Assembly: GCA_964571545.1 (NCBI GenBank)
Contig: CAZNCK010000003.1
Span: 11,455-58,106 of the forward strand
Length of the DNA stretch: 46,652 bases
Direction of reading: 5' to 3'
Source: an uncultured Treponemataceae bacterium
GTDB lineage: Bacteria > Spirochaetota > Spirochaetia > Treponematales > UBA12059
Of this stretch, positions 34,280 to 42,666 are shown one piece after another. Within the stretch, counting starts at the first letter, position 1, and every line of letters begins with the position of its first letter. Position numbers and translations under genes: made by a program. Below the pieces are notes generated by a model, which ran no database searches, had not been told where the DNA came from, and worked only from the letters and a program-made list of their open reading frames with translations.

Positions 34280-35544
34280 CAGTCAGCCCTTAGGGCAAAC
34301 GCGCCTAAGTAGGGAATGGCTCCGAACTTGCCCTGGATATAGTGCTTTTCGATATTGTCTGTGGGGCGGACGTTTTTATATTCCGCCAGGGAATGCACAT
34401 GGGATGCGCCTTGCGCGTCTTTTTCGGCAAACCATATCTGGGATTTATGGAACAGGCTCTGATCGAGCAGGTTGGTGTCGTGGGTGGCAAAGATCAACTG
34501 GGCGTGCCCGGGATTGCTCTCAGGGTCATTGAAGAGCTTGACCAGGGCCCTGGTCAGCATGGGGTGCAGGCTGGCGTCGAGTTCGTCTATTATAAGGATT
34601 CGGCCATGCAGCAGGGTATCGATAATAGGCGCGGAAAGACAGAAATACTTTTTGGTGCCTTCCGATTCGTCGCGGGCAAAATCAAACTCGGTAGTGCCGA
34701 TGGCCTTCCTGTCAGCGTCAAAGCGTTGGTGACTGGCTCGCAGGCCGAGCTTCCTGAGGGGAGACTCCGCCTGCCGCAATTGCTCGCGCAGTTCCGCCGG
34801 CAAGGGCATGGTGTCGATTTCTGTACGGCCCAGATCCTGTTCTTCTACCGACAGATCGCGGATGCCCAGATCGGCCGCCTGGATGAGCTTCATGATCTGG
34901 TCCCTAAAACGGTGCTGCTTCAGTTGCTGGATTGAATAGCCCAGGTAGGCCGATGCCTGCATGCCGTTTATGACATTGAGGTTCTGGAACCAGCCCAGGA
35001 TCGTGCGGGAAACGGGACCGCCTTCCTGGTCGCAACGCCACAAGAAGAGGCTGTTGGGTAGCGCCTTGACCCCCTTGCCTTCCCTGAACCGTTCCGGGTT
35101 CCAGTACAGTTCAGCCTCTTCTGTGTCGCGAAAGAAAAGCCTGGCTTCTTTGCCTTTCTCGTCGGCGAACAGCCATTCGGCATACACGGTCGTTGCATCG
35201 ACCTCGAACCCATAGCGGTACTTTATTCCTTCAACGATGAACACCATCTCGAATGAACTGGATGCGTCCATGGTATCGGTAGCCAGTCGATGGGGATCAT
35301 GCGGAATCGTGTCGGTGGACTGTATGATCTTGGGCTGGTTGAGCACCATCGACTTCATGTAGTCAAAAGCCCGTAAGATATTGCTTTTTCCGCTGGCATT
35401 GGCACCATACACAACCGCGGAGGTCAGGAGGGTCAGCCCCTTTGCCGCAAAACAGTTGCCCGTAGCACCCGAACCGGAGACCATGCTGAATTCAACGCGG
35501 TCCTTGATTGACCTGTAATTATCAAAGCTGAATTGAACAAGCAT
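34279..35544 (-). CDS. AAA_21/ABC-like ATPase (AbiLi/RloA-like)
   Basis: 421 aa. N-terminal FDNYRSIKD, Walker A GANASGKSN, ESEGTKK, Walker B ILIIDELDASLHP, and ATHD with FAEKD near the C-terminus. Confidence 0.8.
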   Translation of the reverse strand: MLVQFSFDNYRSIKDRVEFSMVSGSGATGNCFAAKGLTLLTSAVVYGANASGKSNILRAFDYMKSMVLNQPKIIQSTDTIPHDPHRLATDTMDASSSFEMVFIVEGIKYRYGFEVDATTVYAEWLFADEKGKEARLFFRDTEEAELYWNPERFREGKGVKALPNSLFLWRCDQEGGPVSRTILGWFQNLNVINGMQASAYLGYSIQQLKQHRFRDQIMKLIQAADLGIRDLSVEEQDLGRTEIDTMPLPAELREQLRQAESPLRKLGLRASHQRFDADRKAIGTTEFDFARDESEGTKKYFCLSAPIIDTLLHGRILIIDELDASLHPMLTRALVKLFNDPESNPGHAQLIFATHDTNLLDQSLFHKSQIWFAEKDAQGASHVHSLAEYKNVRPTDNIEKHYIQGKFGAIPYLGAFALRAD

Positions 35545-35620
35545 CCATATCCCCCGGTTTCAAGGGTAATATAGCACATATTTGTATAAATGTAGCAATA
35601 TTCGGTTTTATTTCCTCGAT

Positions 35621-38592
35621 ATCATGACTCATACGCCGTCAATCCCGATATTTCCCGTCCCTGGGCCAGGGTGTGCAGTATTGGCACGAGACGTTCCATT
35701 AAAGCCAGTTCCTTCTGGGTTCGGGCCTTCCAGCCCAGGTCCAGGGGGCCAGGAGGCGGGTCAGATCCTCACCATCAAAGACCATGCGTTCCAGGATGCC
35801 GTCTAAAAAATCTTGCAGGGCCTCGGGGTCGAGTCCTTGTTCCGCGGCCAGCTTGGTGAGTTCCATTCGATGCTTGGCGTTCTTGAAGGCATCGTAGCCT
35901 TGGCGGATGCTGGTTTCGCTCAAACCTTTTTTTGTGTCCAGGGTATCGATATAGGCGATTATATCTTCGCGCTCGTCCAGGAATTTGGCGTCGGACAGGA
36001 GATGAGGCTCACCAGTTGGTCTCGGGTCATCTTCTGCTTTTCAGGCGGGGCGTTGGTATACCCGGCGATGAGCCCCATGATGTAGTCATAGTCTATGAGA
36101 GCCGAGGCGAACAGTACGAACTCGAAGTCCAGCTGAGGCGTATCCATGGGTTGGTCGCCGAATCCTGGTTCATTGAATTTGAGCCGCTGGGCGGTTTCCA
36201 GGTATACGCCCCTGTAGGCCCAATGGTCTTCCGCGGGCAGTACCGCTTCTATCTGGATCCTGTCCTCGGGCGTAAGGTCGGTGTACTGATCCAGTTGGGT
36301 CTTGAGGCGCTGGACTTCCTTGAACAGTGTAATGAACTGGCCTCGGGCCGTATCGCCTTTGAGCTGGGGCACATCTTCCGGCCGGGACTGGAGCCCCTGG
36401 GAACTCATGAAGCTGCCCAGGTTGGTCATAGCCTCCTGTAGCTTGCCTATCACCGCCGGAGCGGGATCGACCAGCCAGATTTCCTTGGCGGATTGGGTGT
36501 CTTGCCCCGAGAATAACGCTATGGCGGTATCGACCGCTTCGTTTTGCCCCCTGAAGTCAAGGATGTTTCCATAGGGCTTGGTATCGTTGAGGACACGGTT
36601 GGTGCGGGAAAAGGCCTGGATCAGGCCGTGGAATTTCAGGTTCTTGTCTACGTACAGGGTGTTGAGGTACTTGGAATCGAAGCCGGTCAGGAGCATGTCA
36701 ACCACAATGACGACGTCTATTTTCTTGCCGTGGGACAGGTCCTGGTTGCTGTACTGTTGGTCCTTGATACGCTTCTGCACGTCCTGGTAATACAGGTCAA
36801 ATTCTCCGATGCCGTGGTTTGTTCCGTACTGGGTATTGTAGTCGGCGATGATGGCCTTGAGGGCGGCCTTCTTCTCTTCGGGGGCCTGCTGGTTGTCCTG
36901 CTTTTCCTGGGGCAGGTCTTCCTGAATCTGCTGGACATCCTTGTCACCCTCGGCGGGGGGAGAAAAGACGCAGGCGATGTTCAGTGGCCAGAACCCGGAG
37001 TCCGTTGCCCGCCGCTTGTCCTGCACTTCCTTGAACAGGCGGTAGTATTCGATTGCGTGGTTAATGGACTGGCAAGCCAGCACCGCGTTGAACTTGCGGT
37101 CATTGGTGGCGCCGTTGTGTTTGGCGACAATCGCCTCGACCACGGCTTTTTGCGTGAAGAACTCTCCTGGCTTGGGTTGGGCGGAACCTTCGGCTTTATA
37201 GTAGTCGATATGGAAACGCAGGACGTTGCGGTCCTCTATGGCGTGAGTAATGGTATAGGCGTGGAGTTGCTTCTGAAAAATGTCGTCTGTGGTTATGAGG
37301 GTCTTTTCTTCTCCGGTGATCTGCTTGTAGCTGGCGTTGTCGACAAAAATAGGTGTGCCGGTAAAGCCGAACAGCTGGGCATTGGGGAAGAATTCCTTGA
37401 TGGCCTTATGGTTATCGCCAAATTGGGAACGATGGCACTCATCGAAGATGAAGGCAATGCGCTTATCGCGTAAGGGTCCGAGGCGCTCCTTGTAGCCCCG
37501 CGTGCTGGTATCATCCAGGGCCAGTCCCAGCTTTTGAATAGTCGTGACTATGACCTTGTTGGCATAGTCGTCGGACAAAAGCCGTTTTACCAGGGTCTCG
37601 GTATTGGTGTTTTCCTCGACGCACCCCGCCTGAAACTTGTTAAACTCCTCGCGGGTCTGCCGGTCCAGATCCTTGCGGTCCACCACGAAGAGGCACTTGT
37701 CTATGTCGGGGTTATCCTTGAGCAGGGTGGATGTCTTGAACGACGTAAGGGTCTTGCCGCTACCGGTAGTGTGCCAGATATACCCGTTGCCCCGGTTCTG
37801 GTGGATGCACTCGACGATGGCTTGTACCGCGTACATCTGATACGGCCGCATCATGAGGAGTTTTTGTTCGCTGGCTACCAGTACCGTGTAGCGGCTGATC
37901 ATTTCCCCGAGCGTACACTTCGCGAGGAAGGCGCTCGCAAACGCGTCCAGCTGTGTAATTTTATTGTTGTTCGTATTAGCAAATTGGTAGAGCGGCAGAA
38001 AGCGTTCATCGGCGTCAAAGCTAAAATGCCTGGCATTATTATTGGCAAAATACCAGGTGTCGGTGCGGTTGGAGACGATGAACAGCTGGATAAAACACAA
38101 GAGAGTCTTGGTGTACCCGTTTCCTGGATCGTTCTTGTATTCCACGATCTGCTTCAGGGCCGTCCGAGGCGTGATCTTGAGACCCTTCAGTTCAATTTGA
38201 ACAACGGGCACGCCGTTTAAGAGCAGCATGACATCATAGCGATGGCTACTGTTATCTGTGTTGATTCTGAGTTGGTTGATTACTTCAAAGTTGTTCTTGC
38301 ACCAGTCCTTGATGTTGACCAGGGTGTAATGGAGGGCGGTACCATCTTCCCGCTCAAAGGTCTGCCGTTCCCGCAAGAGCCTCGCCGAGGAATATACGTC
38401 AGGGCTGATGATGTCATCCAGGAGCCGGGTCTTCTCATTCGGGGTAAGCCTGACCCTGTTGAGTTCCTCGAAGTTTTGAAAAAAGTTTGTCTCTAGGCCG
38501 GCGCGATCACGAATGTCAGACCGGTAGCTGTACTTGAGTTCCCTGAGCTTTTCGATGAGGTCATGCTCGATCTGACTTTCCAGTGGTGTCAT
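35621..38592 (-). pseudogene. hsdR: Type I restriction endonuclease subunit R, C-terminal region broken by two 1-nt frameshifts
   Basis: The 877-aa ORF (35959-38592) has a nuclease core (YDVMLLLNGVPVVQIELK), Walker A WHTTGSGKT and DEAH-type FDECHRSQ. Its C-terminus continues in a second frame (HLLSDAKFLDEREDIIAYIDTLD...GEDLTRLLAP, ORF 35699-35923). A third frame then reads PLDLGWKARTQKELALMERLVPILHTLAQGREISGLTAYES* to the stop at 35621-35623. Confidence 0.8.
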
Positions 38593-38632
38593 TGCGGCCC
38601 TGCCATTTTTTATGCTTCGTGAGGTAGTCGCG

Positions 38633-38662
38633 AGTATACATGGAAATACTTTGTAGCGTCAA
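38633..38662 (-). promoter_or_regulatory. Sigma70-like promoter upstream of hsdR
   Basis: The minus strand reads TTGACG (38662-38657), an 18-nt spacer, then TATACT (38638-38633). It sits about 40 nt before the hsdR ATG. Confidence 0.35.
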
Positions 38663-38734
38663 ATAATGTTAGCGAGCGTATTCCACATAACCATACCTGT
38701 CCAAGGTCAGGACGCGGTCAGGTTCCGCGCAACC

Positions 38735-39460
38735 CTATCCTATCCTGATGGACGCCGCCAGGCTGCCTTCACGCAGCGTGCCTGCTTTTGTAGCGGAGCG
38801 GACGAACAGCCGGTAGTCGCCTGGCTCCAGCTCGGGTGGTAGCTGGAATATGACGAGGCGCGGTTTGACGCTGGCATATATGGAAGCGCGGAGCGGCGGC
38901 ATGCCGGGTCGGGCTCCTGGCCGCGGATACGGCTCGAAGAAAATGCCAACGCTTCCGTCGGCCTGCTGGAAGCCAAGCCTGTAGCCCGAGAGTCTGGCAA
39001 ACGCCCCTGGTTTGAACCCGGCTTCCTCATCGACTGAAACCAGAACCGCCGGACAGGGCAGCAGCTGGAAGCTCTGGTCGTCGCGTTTTACCGACACAGG
39101 CGACATGATGCGCGCCTCGGCGTCACGGGCCGGCCTGAACCGCAACCGCAGTCCATGCCCGCTGGCTGTACGGTGCGGCTCGACGTGGTCCTGCCTGCTG
39201 TCCGCGGAACCCGTTGCCGTTACGCAATAGTCACCCAGTGGCGTCTTGACGAATTTGCCATCAGCCACGAGCCGCTCGACGGTCCCGGTCATAAGCATTA
39301 ATGCCGCGCTGAGGTCCGGCCCGGACAGCCTGATATGAGATTCCGCCATGATGCGCAGCAATTCGTCGAACTCGATTATCTCATCGTGGCTGGTGTGAAA
39401 GCGCCAGGCCTTCTTTGTACCCGCGAGCGTGTTCTTGCGTATGCCTACGGTCAGGGCCAT
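38735..39460 (-). CDS. HU-like DNA-binding domain protein with a C-terminal DUF4469 (Ig-like) domain
   Basis: From the ATG at 39460: MALTVGIRKNTLAGTKK...FDELLRIMAESHIRLSGPDLSAALMLMTGTVERLVADGKFVKTPLGDY (HU-like). The C-terminal half has a PGDYRLFV-type beta-rich tail, as in DUF4469 proteins. The longer ORF to 39556 is less plausible. Confidence 0.55.
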   Translation of the reverse strand: MALTVGIRKNTLAGTKKAWRFHTSHDEIIEFDELLRIMAESHIRLSGPDLSAALMLMTGTVERLVADGKFVKTPLGDYCVTATGSADSRQDHVEPHRTASGHGLRLRFRPARDAEARIMSPVSVKRDDQSFQLLPCPAVLVSVDEEAGFKPGAFARLSGYRLGFQQADGSVGIFFEPYPRPGARPGMPPLRASIYASVKPRLVIFQLPPELEPGDYRLFVRSATKAGTLREGSLAASIRIG

Positions 39461-39588
39461 GCCGACCCGCCTTCCAGCGCGCTTGCGTCTCCGAAACCCG
39501 ACTGGTTCCGTATCCGCAACCACACTGATTACAGTATCGACCTTTGTTGGAATCACTATGAAGACAAGCGTACAACGGAGTGTATCAA

Positions 39589-39639
39589 GCCAGATACGAA
39601 TAATATCCAGCTAGATACAGTCGGTATCTAGCCAGATAC
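39589..39639. repeat. Three 9-nt direct repeats (GCYAGATAC) at exact 21-nt spacing, with an embedded 8-bp inverted repeat
   Basis: gccagatac at 39589-39597, gctagatac at 39610-39618 and gccagatac at 39631-39639. ctagatac/gtatctag form a hairpin or palindrome at 39611-39631. The repeats lie in the gap between the ABM gene and the HU-DUF4469 gene. Confidence 0.6.
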
Positions 39640-39696
39640 CGACGTCAAAACGGCTGTCCTGCGGAAAGGAAGACAGGAACGTTCAGTGTCGAATGC

Positions 39697-39993
39697 TTAC
39701 TCCGGCCATATTCTCTCGAACTTGCGGGGAGACTTGCTTTCCACCCAGGGTGTGGTGGTCTCGGTGTAGCGTTTGAAGTACGCGGTGTTGCGGTGCGCCT
39801 CACTGAAGGCCGCCTCGTCGGTATACGCTTCTACCAGCGTAAAGCGGCAGGGATCGCCGGGAGCCTGCAGCACCTCGAAACGCTGGCAGTCCTCCTCGTT
39901 GAGCATTGACGCCTCCGCCTGGGCCAGTATGGCTATCCTGTACTGTTCGGCGAATTCCTTCTTTATGACCACATCGACGATCACTATGTACAT
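39697..39993 (-). CDS. Antibiotic biosynthesis monooxygenase (ABM) family / putative quinol monooxygenase
   Basis: 98 aa with a ferredoxin-like ABM pattern: IVIVDVVIKKEFAEQY...CQRFEVLQAPGDPCRFTLVEAYTDEAAFSEHRNTAYF. Confidence 0.7.
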   Translation of the reverse strand: MYIVIVDVVIKKEFAEQYRIAILAQAEASMLNEEDCQRFEVLQAPGDPCRFTLVEAYTDEAAFSEAHRNTAYFKRYTETTTPWVESKSPRKFERIWPE

Positions 39994-40023
39994 GGTTGAT
40001 TCCTTTCCTGATTCCAGATGATT

Positions 40024-41151
40024 CTAATACAGCCACACGAGTACGGCCAGCACCGCGAAAATAGCGGCCTGAGCGGCCTTTGCCGGTACGAGGCGCTTCT
40101 GGAAGTACGACCTGACGGCCTCCTGACTGATGCCTGCCAACGCGAGCGCCAGCACCGCCAAGAGCGGCGTGATGAAGGCCAGATTGTAAAGGAGCAGGCT
40201 GCCTATGCCTAGAACCGACGCGTAGCTCTGCACCATGAAGGAGATAGCCGGAAAGTACACCTGCCCCGTGCACGCCAGTTCTAAAACCGACACGAGTATG
40301 CCTGTACCGAACACGCCCGCTATGAAGGCCCTGGAGCCGAGCCCAGAACGTATGGACGCATGTATCCTCAGTCGCAGTTTATCAGGCAACTGAAGCGTCA
40401 AATCGGCTTGCCTGCCCTGCCGCAGCATGACGATGTCGCGCACGGTGAGCGCGCAGAATGCGGCCGTGATGACGCTTACGACGACGCGCAGAGCCAGCCT
40501 GAGCGACCGCAGCCTGCCGCCCAGCCTGAACGCGTTGAACAGGCCAAAACCTATCAGTAAGTACGACAGGAATACCCCGGCCGCGAAGGACAGGCCGGCC
40601 GCTGCGACGCGCTTCTTAGACCCGCCGCGCAGGGCCAAGTATGACATGAAGAATAGCAGCGTTGTGAACGCGCAGGGGTTGATGCCGTCAACGAGCCCGG
40701 CCATGAAAATGGGCAAGGCGGCCCACCGCATCGCCGCGGCAGGAGCCTGTGAAGCGGATACCGGCACAGCCTCTTGTCGCGGGCGAAAGGCCCCATGCTC
40801 GGCGTAGTATTGCAGCTCGGGGACGAGGTTGACTTCGATAGCTGAATTGCCCTGGTAGACGGACTCGCCTATGACGAGCACAGGGAAGACCCTGAACGAA
40901 TACCCGAGCCCTGCCAGCCGTTCTTCGCATTGCCTATAGCCTTCCGCGGAGAGTATGTCGACAAGCACAAGCTCCACTGTCACGCCGCTCGCCTGTTCAG
41001 CCGCGGGCAGATCCTTTGCCGCGAAGGTATCGCAGTGCGCGCAGCCTATTTCTCCGTAGTATTCGGCCGTGACGGACAGATTCTGTGCCAGAGCCAATGG
41101 GACAGAACTCAAGAGGATTATCAAAACGCTGATACGTATACGCAATGCCAT
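40024..41151 (-). CDS. Thiol-disulfide membrane protein: periplasmic CxxC domain fused to a CcdA/DsbD-family transmembrane domain
   Basis: From the ATG at 41151: signal peptide MALRIRISVLIILLSSVPLALAQ, a CxxC (GEIGCAHCDTF), then the DsbD_2-type TM domain (GLVDGINPCAFTTLLFFMSYL, ELACTGQVYFP). The first 169 codons of the listed 544-aa ORF overlap the next gene and look spurious. Confidence 0.7.
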   Translation of the reverse strand: MALRIRISVLIILLSSVPLALAQNLSVTAEYYGEIGCAHCDTFAAKDLPAAEQASGVTVELVLVDILSAEGYRQCEERLAGLGYSFRVFPVLVIGESVYQGNSAIEVNLVPELQYYAEHGAFRPRQEAVPVSASQAPAAAMRWAALPIFMAGLVDGINPCAFTTLLFFMSYLALRGGSKKRVAAAGLSFAAGVFLSYLLIGFGLFNAFRLGGRLRSLRLALRVVVSVITAAFCALTVRDIVMLRQGRQADLTLQLPDKLRLRIHASIRSGLGSRAFIAGVFGTGILVSVLELACTGQVYFPAISFMVQSYASVLGIGSLLLYNLAFITPLLAVLALALAGISQEAVRSYFQKRLVPAKAAQAAIFAVLAVLVWLY

Positions 41152-41207
41152 GCATTGACCATGCCTCATACCGATTTGAACTGTCAATGCGAATCGGTCA
41201 GCCGCGG

Positions 41208-42209
41208 CTATTCCCTGCCGTACCCGATGCGGGGGTCCAGCCAGGCGTAGGCTATGTCGAGCAACATGAATGACAGGCAGTAGACCGCCGTGACAAGGGC
41301 CAGGATACCGGTGTACAGCGCGACGTCGTTGGAGCTTATGGCTGAAAAGAGCGTGCGGCCCAGCCCCGGCCTGGACATGGCCTTCTCTACGAGCATGTCG
41401 CCCATGATGGACTGCGCGAAGGCCTGAGCCGCCATCACATAATCCTCCTGCAACGGCACGGTGATCATGGCCCGCGTCAGGTACGCGAAACTCCAGACCT
41501 TGACCAGCACAAGCGTCAACAAGGGTAGCGCCAGATACGACAGATAGTCGAGCGCCTGCAGGAAGGCTCCCGTTGGGGCAACCGGAGAGCGTAGCGCCCC
41601 TACCCTGAACAACGGTATCCAGAAGACGAAGAAAAGGATCATGAACGTGGCCACCCACCAGGTCGGCGTGCCGTAGAGCGCCATAGCCGCGAGGCTCGAA
41701 CCCCGGTCCAGAAGCCCTCCTGGCTTGCGCGCCATCGCCGTTCCCAGTGCTATGCCAAGGACTATGCTGATGAGGGTGCTAGAGCCAAACAGTATGAGCG
41801 TGTGCGGCAGGCGTTGCAGCAGTATCTTCCGCACCTCGCGGGACCGCTCCGGATACTCCGTCCTGTCCGTTTGCGAAAGGCCCAGGTCCAGCGTGATGAT
41901 GCGGAAGGTCTGGCCTATGATGCGCCGCAGCCGCGGCAGGTGGAGCCCATAAGACTCCTCCATGCCCGCGATCACGTCCTGTTTGAACTTCTGTATCTCG
42001 TCAGATGTCTTGAGGGATTTGTTTGCCATGACGGCACTCTGCGCGGCCTCGGCGATCTGGCCCTTCACCGTCACTTCAAGGGTCGCGTTGACCAGGGCTG
42101 ATAGGCAGAACATAGCTATCATGAACGCGGGTACCGTCCTGGCTACCCGCCGCAGTATGAATCGAAGCCGCCCCGGAATACCAGAGCGGCGAGAGTGTCC
42201 CTGAAACAT
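41208..42209 (-). CDS. ABC transporter permease (DppB/OppB-like), orphan and possibly defective
   Basis: N-terminal LRFILRRVARTVPAFMIAMF and the C-terminal SRPGLGRTLFSAI...LLDIAYAWLDPRIGY are typical of peptide/nickel permeases. The segment between QEDYVMAAQA and GDMLVE, which normally carries the EAA loop and one TM helix, is only 6 residues. No ATPase or binding-protein gene is adjacent. Confidence 0.6.
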   Translation of the reverse strand: MFQGHSRRSGIPGRLRFILRRVARTVPAFMIAMFCLSALVNATLEVTVKGQIAEAAQSAVMANKSLKTSDEIQKFKQDVIAGMEESYGLHLPRLRRIIGQTFRIITLDLGLSQTDRTEYPERSREVRKILLQRLPHTLILFGSSTLISIVLGIALGTAMARKPGGLLDRGSSLAAMALYGTPTWWVATFMILFFVFWIPLFRVGALRSPVAPTGAFLQALDYLSYLALPLLTLVLVKVWSFAYLTRAMITVPLQEDYVMAAQAFAQSIMGDMLVEKAMSRPGLGRTLFSAISSNDVALYTGILALVTAVYCLSFMLLDIAYAWLDPRIGYGRE

Positions 42210-42259
42210 GTCATCGATTGTATAGCGCAAGCACAGGTTGGAACAACGGCCTGGTATCA

Positions 42260-42441
42260 CGCCCGAGTCAGGCCGGAGGAACGGTTTTTAATTTTGTAAA
42301 GCCATGACATGAATTTTGCGTTGGGGCCCGCCTGGGCACAACACCCACCGTGCTAACGCGCGCGGCAGGTGTTGTGCCGCGGCGCCCAACGCAACCTTGC
42401 AGGAGATGGCCTTTAAGTCACACCCCGGCCTGACTCGGGCG
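42260..42441. ncRNA. ~182-nt extended irregular hairpin (nested inverted repeats); candidate structured RNA (6S-like architecture) or MITE/REP-like element
   Basis: Complementary pairs are 42260-42276/42425-42441 (17 bp, perfect), 42297-42305/42406-42415, 42318-42325/42385-42392 (8 bp), 42335-42345/42368-42378 (11 bp) and 42348-42353/42360-42365. These close a 6-nt loop. Internal loops are 20/9, 12/13 and 9/6 nt. There is no credible ORF. Confidence 0.3.
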
Positions 42442-42576
42442 ATATGCAAGGCTATCTGGTCAAGCTGGCTGGCGGTGCGATCGAATCCGGGCATAGGGAA
42501 GAGCGTGTGCATCATCTGATTTACAGCTGACTCATCCTACGGCCCCGACAATGCCCAAACAGCACGTCCGGACCGC

Positions 42577-42666
42577 TCGTCATCCATGACGTCATGGAGC
42601 AGAGCTCCACGATCCACCGTTCATACGCATGGAACGCGAAGCGTTCCGTAACGTCATGGATGACGA
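42577..42666. other. Second composite palindrome (16-bp outer stem enclosing two small hairpins)
   Basis: tcgtcatccatgacgt (42577-42592) is the exact reverse complement of acgtcatggatgacga (42651-42666). Inside are ggagc-aga-gctcc (42597-42609) and ggaacgc-gaa-gcgttcc (42631-42647). The palindrome ccatgacgtcatgg lies at the left arm. Confidence 0.5.

Noticed and set aside
35699-35923. 74-aa ORF as an independent small gene between hsdR and the ATPase
   Set aside because: Its frame is open further upstream and reads straight on from the hsdR C-terminal domain (LLSDAKFLDEREDII...). It is a frameshifted piece of hsdR, not a separate gene.
36544-37473. 309-aa plus-strand ORF, plus others at 37534-38220 and 35932-36441
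   Set aside because: All are antisense to hsdR, whose helicase motifs are unambiguous. Their Val/Gly/Leu-rich sequences are shadow-frame artefacts.
41152-41658. N-terminal 169 codons of the listed 544-aa ORF 40024-41658
   Set aside because: This part overlaps the 3' end of the permease gene in another frame and is Gly/Arg/His-rich. A clean signal peptide begins at the internal ATG (41151).
42470-42495. tRNA T-arm-like string gcgatcgaatccgggc
   Set aside because: No acceptor stem, D-arm or anticodon arm can be built from the flanking sequence.
42288-42519. 75-aa (minus) and 67-aa (plus) ORFs
   Set aside because: Both are mirror-image products of the 182-nt hairpin, with Arg/Ala/Pro-rich composition. 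A structural explanation is more parsimonious.
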